Shown piece by piece: positions 1 through 7,317 of a stretch of DNA of 31,769 nt. The position numbers and the translations under genes were made by a program. Positions within the stretch are counted from its first letter, which is position 1. The number at the start of each line of letters is the position of its first letter. The notes under the pieces were generated by a model. The model worked only from the letters and a program-made list of their open reading frames with translations, had not been told where the DNA came from and made no database searches. Source of the stretch: a virus; IMG/VR virus record IMGVR_UViG_3300029703_000022, one strand, 5' to 3'.

Positions 1-99
1 CGAATACATTTCGCGGTCTGACCTATATCATGGTCGAATGCAATTACGACCGAACATTGTTAGACCGCAATATCAGCGCTGGGTCTGTGCCGGAGTCTC
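1..99 (+). repeat. Terminal direct repeat, copy 1 (identical to 31671-31769)
   Basis: Base-by-base comparison by eye: cgaatacatttcgcggtctgacc...gggtctgtgccggagtctc is present at both ends. Confidence 0.95.
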
Positions 100-281
100 T
101 CCGGCCGCGCCTTGTGCGCAGTCACTTTTCACTTGATAATGTCCGAACATTTCTTACCGCCAACGATCTTTCAACCGTGCAGCGTATTTACCTATTGCAT
201 GTATCAAATCAAAACGGCGACAAGGACGCATTCAGGCGCGACATCGAAGCCCTGACCGGCATACCGGTCACCGTATTTTAG
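1..281 (+). CDS. MBL-fold metallo-hydrolase, C-terminal part (continuation of 31235-31769 across the circular junction)
   Basis: The frame is open from the window edge to the stop at 279-281. It is in phase with the ORF at the window end that carries HxHxDH (THEHQDH). Joined, the product is 238 aa. Confidence 0.75.
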   Translation, partial: NTFRGLTYIMVECNYDRTLLDRNISAGSVPESLRPRLVRSHFSLDNVRTFLTANDLSTVQRIYLLHVSNQNGDKDAFRRDIEALTGIPVTVF

Positions 282-286
282 AGGAG

Positions 287-1099
287 GTGAGCCGAACGGC
301 CGGAAGACGTCCTAAAAAGGGGCTCGACTGGTTCAAGAAAGATGTCAGCTATTATGAGGATTTTAAGGTCATGGACCTTATCAATGAGTACGGCCCTTTA
401 GGCAGCACGATATTTGATTGCATCCTTTGCATGATATATCGTGAGGGATATTACCTTGAGCTGCCGATTGATAAACTGTGCCTCGCAGTTGTCAGATCGA
501 TCGGCAGCAAATGGGTCAAAAAACACCAAGTGATGCAAGTTATCCAGTATTGTGCGGATATAGGCTTATTCGATAAAAGCCTCCTCGCGCGGTCTGTGGT
601 GACCTCTGCGGGACTCCAGCGTCGCTACGCCGAAGTGACCTCGAGAAACAAGGTGGATAAATCCTTATACTGGTTGATCGACGATGACGGTCAGCTCTTA
701 AAAACTGTACCCGAAAAAGCCATTTCCGATACAGAAAAGCGTATTTCTGCAACAGAAATTCCGATTTCTGCGGCAGAAATGCAACAAGAGACAGAAATAA
801 GAAAAAAGAATAAGAGAGAGAGTCATAGAGCGGCTTGCGCCGCGACTCCCTCTTTGGCTGAGGTTAAGGCGTATTGTGAGGAAAAAGGTTTTACCGTTGA
901 CCCGGAGCGATTTTGGAATTATTACGAGACTTTGGGCTGGGAAATCAATGGACAACCTGTGCGCAGCTGGAAAGCTCTGCTCGGTAACTGGAGTTTATCC
1001 GAGCGGTGGAAGCCTCCGAAGCACGAACCGTCTTATGATCTTAGTGAGTACGAGAAATATGATATCTTCGCGGCAGCGAAGGCGAAAGGTGAAGTATGA
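287..1099 (+). CDS. Phage replisome organizer / replication initiation protein (DUF4373-type N-domain, DnaD-like C-terminal motif)
   Basis: GTG start just after GAGGAGG. N-terminus KGLDWFKKDVSYYEDFKVMDL...GYYLEL; C-terminus PSLAEVKAYCEEKGF...WEINGQPVRSWKALLGNW. A central repeat-containing linker is present. Confidence 0.75.
   Translation: MSRTAGRRPKKGLDWFKKDVSYYEDFKVMDLINEYGPLGSTIFDCILCMIYREGYYLELPIDKLCLAVVRSIGSKWVKKHQVMQVIQYCADIGLFDKSLLARSVVTSAGLQRRYAEVTSRNKVDKSLYWLIDDDGQLLKTVPEKAISDTEKRISATEIPISAAEMQQETEIRKKNKRESHRAACAATPSLAEVKAYCEEKGFTVDPERFWNYYETLGWEINGQPVRSWKALLGNWSLSERWKPPKHEPSYDLSEYEKYDIFAAAKAKGEV
722..798. repeat. Iteron array (candidate lytic origin) inside the replisome-organizer gene
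   Basis: Two perfect palindromes ATTTCTG-N3-CAGAAAT at 743-759 and 764-780. One degenerate copy at 722-738 (atttccgatacagaaaa), all at 21-bp phasing. An extra CAGAAAT half-site lies at 792-798, followed by an A-rich tract. Confidence 0.45.
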
Positions 1100-1545
1100 A
1101 AATCAAATTTATAATACCGGGCGAGCCGCAGGGTAAAGCCCGTCCGCGCGTAGTACGCATGAAATCCGGGCGCAGCGTGAGCTATACGCCCGATAAAACC
1201 GTGGCGTATGAAGAACTTGTGCGGCAGCGTTTTTTATCTGAAGCACACGGCAGGCGCTTTGCCGATGATACACCGATCGATATAATCATCACGGCGTTTT
1301 TGAGTATCCCGAAGAGCGCCAGCAAGCAAAAGCAAATGCTGATGACGAGCGGCGCACTTTTCCCGCAGAAAAAGCCGGACTTGGACAATATCATGAAGAT
1401 TGTGTGCGACGCCTTAAACGGTTTTGCTTACAGAGATGACGCGCAGATCGTGAATGCAAAGATCTGTAAGCGGTGGTCGTCGGATACACCAAGTGTCTGG
1501 GTGACGATAGAGGGAGATGAGCACAAAAGCAATGGACATACGTAA
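1096..1545 (+). CDS. rusA: RusA-family Holliday junction resolvase
   Basis: MKIKFIIPGEPQGKARPRV ... DLDNIMKIVCDALNGFAYRDDAQIV. ATGA overlap with the upstream gene. Confidence 0.85.
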   Translation: MKIKFIIPGEPQGKARPRVVRMKSGRSVSYTPDKTVAYEELVRQRFLSEAHGRRFADDTPIDIIITAFLSIPKSASKQKQMLMTSGALFPQKKPDLDNIMKIVCDALNGFAYRDDAQIVNAKICKRWSSDTPSVWVTIEGDEHKSNGHT

Positions 1546-1747
1546 ATTTAGCGCAACAGGCATTAAAGAGCCGTACTACATAATACTTTCGGGGACAAAT
1601 CGGCGGGCGAGCTGCCGAGGCTGCATATACCGGCGCGGGATAGGTTCGCGCGGAGACCGATACAGCGTATGCTGCTATTGCTATGATACGGGCCTCCCAC
1701 GCGGATGCCCGCCCGAAAACTGCGACAAGAAACGGAGGAGACCATAA
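1517..1747 (+). CDS. Hypothetical small Cys-rich protein (76 aa)
   Basis: It is the only ORF filling the 1546-1751 gap. Contains CRGC...CCYCYDTG...GCPPENC. The start is poorly supported and it overlaps the rusA end. Confidence 0.35.
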   Translation: MSTKAMDIRKFSATGIKEPYYIILSGTNRRASCRGCIYRRGIGSRGDRYSVCCYCYDTGLPRGCPPENCDKKRRRP

Positions 1748-1751
1748 AGCA

Positions 1752-2084
1752 ATGAAAGCTTTACAGCGATACCAAATGAGCAAAGCGGAAGAAGCGGCAT
1801 TAAAAGCGGAAATAGTGAGGCAGGTGCATGAGCTTGATGAAAAGTTTTCGGCTGAAATCTGCGCCATGCTGCTTTGGGCGCTGCACGAAGAGTTTGGTTT
1901 CGGCGCCGACCGTCTCCGCCGCGTGTGGGACTGCGTGGCGGTGCACCGGGCGGAATTGCTCGAACACTACGATATGCAGGATAACGCCGAATTTATTTTG
2001 CTTTACAAGCTGCGCCAGATCGGCGTGGACGTGGAAAAGTGGACGGCGGAACCGCAAACGCAAAAGGTGGTGCTGAAAGAATGA
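1752..2084 (+). CDS. Hypothetical protein (110 aa)
   Basis: ATG at 1752 preceded by GGAGGAG. I rejected the upstream extension to 1683 because it overlaps the previous ORF. Confidence 0.6.
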   Translation: MKALQRYQMSKAEEAALKAEIVRQVHELDEKFSAEICAMLLWALHEEFGFGADRLRRVWDCVAVHRAELLEHYDMQDNAEFILLYKLRQIGVDVEKWTAEPQTQKVVLKE

Positions 2085-2305
2085 CGCAGCGTCTGGGCCC
2101 ATGCCCGCAGAACTGCCCGGACAGATACGCAAACGAGCACGAGACTTGTCACAGTACATGCCAAAGGTACATGAGATACAAGCTCACAAGATTGCTTGAG
2201 GGTAAGCAGCGCGCGAAAGCAATAGACGAGGTAGGCTTTCACCGAGACGTGCGAAAATCCGTTGAGAAAAAACGTGAAAGAAAAATCAGATATGACAACA
2301 GATAA
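2081..2305 (+). CDS. Hypothetical Cys/His-rich small protein (74 aa)
   Basis: ATGA overlap with the upstream stop. Contains CPQNCPDRYANEHETCHSTCQRY followed by a basic tail. Confidence 0.55.
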   Translation: MTQRLGPCPQNCPDRYANEHETCHSTCQRYMRYKLTRLLEGKQRAKAIDEVGFHRDVRKSVEKKRERKIRYDNR

Positions 2306-2317
2306 ACTCATCGAAAG

Positions 2318-2536
2318 GTGGATGAAGCTATGAACCGAAATGATTTACAAGCTATGCTACACTACACCAATGAGGTAGCAAAAATAATTTATGCTAGTGA
2401 AGAATGTAGGCATGGTGACTGTGACAAATGCGGATATTACGTGATATGTCAGATGAACGAATTATTACACTCTCTGATAGAGCATGAAGCAAATAAATAC
2501 GACGTGAAAGGAGAATTGAAAGATGATACGAAATGA
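2318..2536 (+). CDS. Hypothetical small protein (low-GC insert); ATG 2330 is an alternative start
   Basis: ORF with AAAGGTGG upstream. Contains ECRHGDCDKCGYYVICQ. The segment is visibly AT-rich. Confidence 0.6.
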   Translation: MDEAMNRNDLQAMLHYTNEVAKIIYASEECRHGDCDKCGYYVICQMNELLHSLIEHEANKYDVKGELKDDTK

Positions 2537-2583
2537 ATTACAAGCCATGTTACACAACGCGCTATTTAATTTGGAGGGGAATA

Positions 2584-2781
2584 ATGAGCCAAATAAATGA
2601 ATACTTGGTGCAGGCAAAGTGCGAAAACGCGTTTACGCACAAGCAAAGTATTGTGGAAATGCCTGCTTATGCAACGAGCCGCCAAAGCGCAGAAATGCAC
2701 GTGTATGGGCATATACGGGAAGCATACCCGGAAGAATGGGTAATTGATATAGTGGCGAATGAAGTGCGAAAAGGGGTTTGA
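2584..2781 (+). CDS. Hypothetical protein (65 aa, low-GC insert)
   Basis: ATG at 2584 follows GGAGGGG. The longer 2533 start lacks an RBS. Confidence 0.5.
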   Translation: MSQINEYLVQAKCENAFTHKQSIVEMPAYATSRQSAEMHVYGHIREAYPEEWVIDIVANEVRKGV

Positions 2782-2831
2782 AAGATGATAACGATTAGCA
2801 CAAGAGATTACAACCCGAAGGAGAAATTAAA

Positions 2832-3131
2832 GTGACAACAGATGAACTCATCAAGGCGCTCACGCGCATGAAATCGGAGACCGGTTCGCTGGCAGACTCC
2901 TTGTGCTGCCTCGGTTGCGGGCATGAGCATAACTGCGGCATGTATGGGTGCGCGGTTATCGGAGAGGCGATAAAAACCGCGAAGCTGTATCAAGCGGCGT
3001 ATAAAGTGCTCGAGCGGCAGCGGGACTGTGACACATGCCTTTACAACAATCCGTGCGGAATGGACGATTTGCGCTGTACGGTCTGCACGAGAGGGCAAAA
3101 ATGGAGATGGGACAAAGGAGGTGTAGAATAG
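2832..3131 (+). CDS. Hypothetical Cys-rich protein (99 aa)
   Basis: GTG start after GAAGGAG. Contains CCLGCGHEHNCGMYGC ... CDTCLYNNPCGMDDLRCTVC. Confidence 0.6.
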   Translation: MTTDELIKALTRMKSETGSLADSLCCLGCGHEHNCGMYGCAVIGEAIKTAKLYQAAYKVLERQRDCDTCLYNNPCGMDDLRCTVCTRGQKWRWDKGGVE

Positions 3132-3313
3132 TGACTAAAATCATCTTGGTCGTGCTCGTAATCGCGGCGACGCTCACGGAGTGCATCGTGATGCGCAAGT
3201 CGCGGGAGTACGACGCAGCGGACAATATCGCCGGGCTTGAACGCTGCGTGAAAGCTATGGTGGTGCTTGGCTTAGTGGGTATCGCCGCGGCGGTGGCGTT
3301 TGTGGCGATGTGA
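3131..3313 (+). CDS. Small membrane protein, two predicted TM segments (60 aa)
   Basis: GTG at 3131 lies 10 nt after GGAGG. Contains VTKIILVVLVIAATL ... AMVVLGLVGIAAAVAFVAM. Confidence 0.55.
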   Translation: MTKIILVVLVIAATLTECIVMRKSREYDAADNIAGLERCVKAMVVLGLVGIAAAVAFVAM

Positions 3314-3329
3314 TTTTTGAGGAGATGCG

Positions 3330-3722
3330 ATGACAAAAGAACTTTTGGAGCAATACCCCGACATATGCGCGGAGATTGAAGAACTTGAACGTGAGAATAA
3401 AACGGTGATAAGCGATATAGTGCGCGGATCATCGGATGAGTTTCCGTTTACCGAGCACCCGATCACCGTGCGCGGGCTTGGGCCGCAGAGATATGCCGAG
3501 CACATTGCAAAGCTCAAAGCGCAAAAGCAAGAGATAGAGCAATTTGTATTCGGCATCAAAAGCGCATGGTTGCGGCGCGTCGTGATGCTTCGTGCGTTTC
3601 ACGGCTATTCGTGGGACCGGGTCGCGGCGCAGATGAGCAAAAGCGGGAAAGTTCCGGCGATCAACACGCTCAAAAGCCAGTATTATGGTTTATTCAAAAA
3701 TGAGTGCCCGGGCGAAAAATAA
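3330..3722 (+). CDS. Putative late-gene transcriptional regulator (DUF1492/RinA/ArpU-like, sigma-70 region-4-like C-terminus)
   Basis: It is the last gene before the packaging module. LLEQYPDICAEIEELERE ... RRVVMLRAFHGYSWDRVAAQMS...LKSQYYGLF resembles phage late activators. Confidence 0.5.
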   Translation: MTKELLEQYPDICAEIEELERENKTVISDIVRGSSDEFPFTEHPITVRGLGPQRYAEHIAKLKAQKQEIEQFVFGIKSAWLRRVVMLRAFHGYSWDRVAAQMSKSGKVPAINTLKSQYYGLFKNECPGEK

Positions 3723-3797
3723 TTTTTGCTTTTCGGCGTTTTTGTACCAAATGGTGCGATTTAATCTATATACTAAATAATAGAGTTATTAGGTAAA

Positions 3798-3828
3798 GCG
3801 CCGGGGATTAAGTTCCTCGGCGCTTTTG
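3798..3828 (+). terminator. Intrinsic terminator directly upstream of the late operon
   Basis: 9-bp GC-rich stem gcgccgggg/cctcggcgc (one G-U pair that is valid only on the + strand), 8-nt loop, then TTTT. The upstream AAA can extend the stem. Confidence 0.7.
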
Positions 3829-3845
3829 CTATGCAGGAGGCACCG

Positions 3846-4688
3846 ATGGAAAAGCAAATAGTTTTAGAGAGCAACGCAGAGTACGAGGCGTTTGTGGACA
3901 AATTTAAGCCTAAGCTGACGACGGATGACTGCTACACGCCGCCGGAGGTATACGAGGTGGTAAAAAACTGGGCGTGTGCAAAATACGGGATTGACCCTGC
4001 AAAAATCGTTCGCCCTTTTTATCCGGGCGGAGATTACGAGAGCTTTGATTATTCCGGCGGCGCGGTAGTAGTTGACAATCCGCCTTTTTCAAAATTCGTT
4101 CCGATTTGCTCGTTTTATCTAAGCGAGGGTGTCCCGTTCTTTTTGTTCGCGCCGGAGCTGACGTTGTTTTCCGGGCGAAGTATATTTACGCAAATAAATC
4201 ACATAGTTACCGGATGCACGGTAAAATACGATAACGGTGCACTTGTAAAAACGGCATTTGTAACAAGCTTTGATGCACATATCGCCGCGATGACTGCGCC
4301 GGACTTAGGGCGGGCAATAGTGGCGGCGCAAGAGGAGCAAAGCAAAAGCCTGCCGCGATACGACTACCCCGACAATATTTTGACGGTGACAATGCTTCAG
4401 AAGATGGCCCACAATGGTATTAGTTTTGAGATATATCAAAAAGAGTGCGCACAGGTTGGCCGCTTAGATGCACAACTTGCCGTTAAAAAATCCATATACG
4501 GCGCGGGGCTTTTGCTTTCCACCGAAGCCGCCGAGAAAGCGGCCGTGCAGAAAGCGGCCGTGCAGAAAGCGGCCGTGCAGAAAGCGGCCGTGCAGAAAGC
4601 GGCCGCAAAAAAGGAAGCAATAAAGTGGAGTTTTTCGGAGCGAGAACTAAAGCTAATCGAGGAGCTCGGGAGGAAAGCGAAGAGATGA
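3846..4688 (+). CDS. Putative phage N6-adenine DNA methyltransferase (NPPF motif) with a C-terminal pentapeptide repeat
   Basis: ATG at 3846 after AGGAGG. Contains TTDDCYTPPEVYE and VVVDNPPFSKF (motif IV-like), then EKAAV(QKAAV)x4. Confidence 0.55.
   Translation: MEKQIVLESNAEYEAFVDKFKPKLTTDDCYTPPEVYEVVKNWACAKYGIDPAKIVRPFYPGGDYESFDYSGGAVVVDNPPFSKFVPICSFYLSEGVPFFLFAPELTLFSGRSIFTQINHIVTGCTVKYDNGALVKTAFVTSFDAHIAAMTAPDLGRAIVAAQEEQSKSLPRYDYPDNILTVTMLQKMAHNGISFEIYQKECAQVGRLDAQLAVKKSIYGAGLLLSTEAAEKAAVQKAAVQKAAVQKAAVQKAAAKKEAIKWSFSERELKLIEELGRKAKR
4535..4607 (+). repeat. Perfect 15-bp tandem repeat, 4 full copies plus a partial copy, in frame within the methyltransferase gene
   Basis: gaaagcggccgtgca occurs four times, then gaaagcggccgca. 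Confidence 0.95.
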
Positions 4689-4867
4689 GTAAAAAAGCAT
4701 ATCGCCCGTGCCCACGCCCAAGCGGCTGCGTTTGGGATACATACGCGAGGACGGGCGAGCATTTGTGTATGCTTGTGGTTTGCCCGTATGCGCTCTGCGC
4801 TGCGCGGCTGACGGAGCGGCGGGAGGCCGAGAAGAACGAGCGCAGCGATTCGGAGGCAGGATCATGA
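4685..4867 (+). CDS. Small Cys-rich protein (60 aa), possibly the detached N-terminal Zn-ribbon of the HNH endonuclease
   Basis: ATGA overlaps at both ends (with the methyltransferase stop and the HNH start). Contains YRPCPRPSGC...GEHLC. Confidence 0.4.
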   Translation: MSKKAYRPCPRPSGCVWDTYARTGEHLCMLVVCPYALCAARLTERREAEKNERSDSEAGS

Positions 4868-5115
4868 GCTTTGATTACAACGCGCCGAGATGGCGGAGGT
4901 TGCGAGCATCTGTGCTGAGGCGGGATGGCTATCTGTGCCGGTATTGCCTGCGGTATGGGCGGCGCCGTCAAGCGACGACCGTGCACCACATCGAGCACGC
5001 GGATGAGCATCCGGAGCTTGCGTATAACGCAGACAATCTCGTCAGCCTGTGTGAGGCGTGCCACAACAAAATGCATCCAGAAAAAGCAAAGAATGCGGGG
5101 AGGTATGGGATATGA
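4864..5115 (+). CDS. HNH endonuclease (packaging-associated)
   Basis: WRRLRASVLRRDGYLCRYC...TTVHHIEH...NLVSLCEACHNKMH. GGAGG lies 7 nt upstream. The gene sits immediately before terS/terL. Confidence 0.85.
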   Translation: MSFDYNAPRWRRLRASVLRRDGYLCRYCLRYGRRRQATTVHHIEHADEHPELAYNADNLVSLCEACHNKMHPEKAKNAGRYGI

Positions 5116-5216
5116 GAGATTACAGAGACCCCCCCTCATCCGACGCGCCTTCCGGGGATTCTAAAGTCCGGCGGGCATAGAAGAATCCAACTCTGGGACA
5201 AATTTTAGGAAAAGGG

Positions 5217-5591
5217 GTGCAGTATGTGACCAAAAACAAATGGAAAAAACTGATTTCGGAGCAGATGTCTGCACTAGGGGTGCAGAAGGACGCGTATGAT
5301 TCCGCGGTGGAGACTTTGGCGGGAATCCTCGAGCAGCGGGACAAGACTTTCAGGGAGTTCCGAGCTTCCGGCGGAAAGTCGGTCATCGAGTACACGAATA
5401 AGGGCGGCTCGACAAACATGACGAAAAATCCGTTGCTTGTCCTTTGGGATGATCTGAACAAGAGTGCTTTGGCGTACTGGCGCGAGCTTGGAATGACACC
5501 CTCGAGCTATAAAAAAATGACGGGAGACGCGCCGCGTTTGGAAAAGCCTGGCGGACTGGCTGCGGCGCTTGCCAGCATTGAATCCGGTTAA
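5217..5591 (+). CDS. terS: Terminase small subunit (P27-family-like)
   Basis: Position before terL. Contains [34 protein letters not shown] start; GTG 5226 is an alternative. Confidence 0.7.
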   Translation: MQYVTKNKWKKLISEQMSALGVQKDAYDSAVETLAGILEQRDKTFREFRASGGKSVIEYTNKGGSTNMTKNPLLVLWDDLNKSALAYWRELGMTPSSYKKMTGDAPRLEKPGGLAAALASIESG

Positions 5592-7317
5592 AGGGAAAAA
5601 CTGGCCGGAAGTCCTCGAGTACGCCGAAAGCATTCGGGCTGGTCGAAAAGCGGCGTGCATGGAGTTGCGCCAAGCTGTGAATCGGTTCTTTTCGGACCTC
5701 GACAATCCCGAGTACTGGATGGATAGCAAAGCACCTGAGTTTTGCATCCAGATCATCGAAAAAACGATCTGCCACCAGCAGGGGGAGAAGCTGGACGGCA
5801 CGCCGCTGCGTGGTACGCCGTTCAAGCTTGAGCCGTTCCACAAATTCATCATTTACAATCTTGTGGGCTTCAAACTGCGCGGGACGGACGTCGTCCGATT
5901 TCACGAAGCGCTGATCTTTATCCCCAGAAAAAACATTAAGACAAGCTTTGCCGCGGCGCTTTCCTGGGCGCTCTCGCTCCTTTACCGGCGCAGCGGGTCA
6001 AAGACCTACATCGCGTCGGCGGCACTGATGCAGTCGCTGGAGAGCTTTAATTTTTTGGACTACAACGTCCGCCGGATGGGTGAGGACGCAAAAAGCGGCG
6101 GGTCTGTCAAGATCATCGACAACAACAATGAGCACTCCATGGAGGCCACGCTTCCGGACGGCTCTTTTTTTATTCGCGCACTGGCAGCAAACCCGGACGC
6201 GCAGGACTCCCTTAACTGCAACATTGCGATTTGCGACGAAATTCATGCTTTCAAAACGCCGAAGCAGTACAACCTTTTTAAAGAGGCCATGAAAGCCTAC
6301 ACCAATAAGCTGCTGATCGGCATCTCGACCGCGGGCGACAATGAGCAGGCATTCCTCGGGCAGCGGCTAAAATATTGCCGAAAGGTGCTGGACGGCACGG
6401 TTAAGGACGAGCAATACTTTATCTTTATGTGCTGCGCAAACCCGGACGAAAACGGGAATATCGACTACACAAACCCGATCGTGCATGAAATGGCAAACCC
6501 GGCCTACGGCGTGAGCATTCGCCCGGATGAAATTTTGAACGACAGCCTGCAGGCGCAGAACGACCCGCAGCAGCGTAAGGATTTTTTTGCGAAAAGTCTG
6601 AACGTCTACACGAACGCGGTTAAGGCGTATTTTGACATCGAGGAGTTCCGGCGGAGCGACGCCAAGTACAGTTGGACGCTCGAGGAGTTGGCAAGGCTGC
6701 CGATCGACTGGTACGGCGGCGCGGACTTGTCAAAGCTCCACGACTTGACGGCTGCGGCACTTTTTGGACATTACAAGGGCGTGGACATCGTAATCACGCA
6801 TGCGTTTTTTCCGATTGTCGCCGCGCATATCAAGGCGGAGCAGGACAACATCCCGCTTTTTGGTTGGCAGGACGACGGCTGGCTTACGATGTGCAACAGC
6901 CCAACCGTTAACCATGCGGACGTGGTCAACTGGTTCGTGGATATGCGAAAACGGGGGTTCAAAATCCGGCAGGTCGGACACGACCGAAAGTTCTGCCGCG
7001 AGTATTTCATCGGCATGAAATCGGCGGGTTTCCAAATCGTCGATCAGCCACAGTATTTTTACAAAAAGTCGGAGGGCTTCCGGCATATCGAGCAGAGCGC
7101 AAAAAACGGCACTCTTTTTTATTTGCACTCGGAAGCCTACGAGTACTGCGTGGAAAACGTGTCCGCCGTCGAAAAGACGGATGACATGATCCAATACGAT
7201 AAGGTGCAGCCGGAACACCGCATCGATCTTTTTGATGCGTCGGTGTTTGCCTGCATCCGATACCTCGAAAGCCTTGAAAAAAACAGGGCGGCGAAGAAAT
7301 GGTGGGGTGAAGCTTGA
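5569..7317 (+). CDS. terL: Terminase large subunit
   Basis: 582 aa. An N-terminal ATPase region ([23 protein letters not shown]) is followed by a nuclease half. TTG start overlaps the terS end. Confidence 0.9.
   Translation: MPALNPVKGKNWPEVLEYAESIRAGRKAACMELRQAVNRFFSDLDNPEYWMDSKAPEFCIQIIEKTICHQQGEKLDGTPLRGTPFKLEPFHKFIIYNLVGFKLRGTDVVRFHEALIFIPRKNIKTSFAAALSWALSLLYRRSGSKTYIASAALMQSLESFNFLDYNVRRMGEDAKSGGSVKIIDNNNEHSMEATLPDGSFFIRALAANPDAQDSLNCNIAICDEIHAFKTPKQYNLFKEAMKAYTNKLLIGISTAGDNEQAFLGQRLKYCRKVLDGTVKDEQYFIFMCCANPDENGNIDYTNPIVHEMANPAYGVSIRPDEILNDSLQAQNDPQQRKDFFAKSLNVYTNAVKAYFDIEEFRRSDAKYSWTLEELARLPIDWYGGADLSKLHDLTAAALFGHYKGVDIVITHAFFPIVAAHIKAEQDNIPLFGWQDDGWLTMCNSPTVNHADVVNWFVDMRKRGFKIRQVGHDRKFCREYFIGMKSAGFQIVDQPQYFYKKSEGFRHIEQSAKNGTLFYLHSEAYEYCVENVSAVEKTDDMIQYDKVQPEHRIDLFDASVFACIRYLESLEKNRAAKKWWGEA

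Noticed and set aside
1-99. The 99-nt terminal repeat as a biological direct terminal repeat or an LTR-like element
   Set aside because: It falls in the middle of a gene that is only intact when the ends are joined. This fits assembly overlap of a circular molecule. The packaging genes point to cos ends elsewhere.
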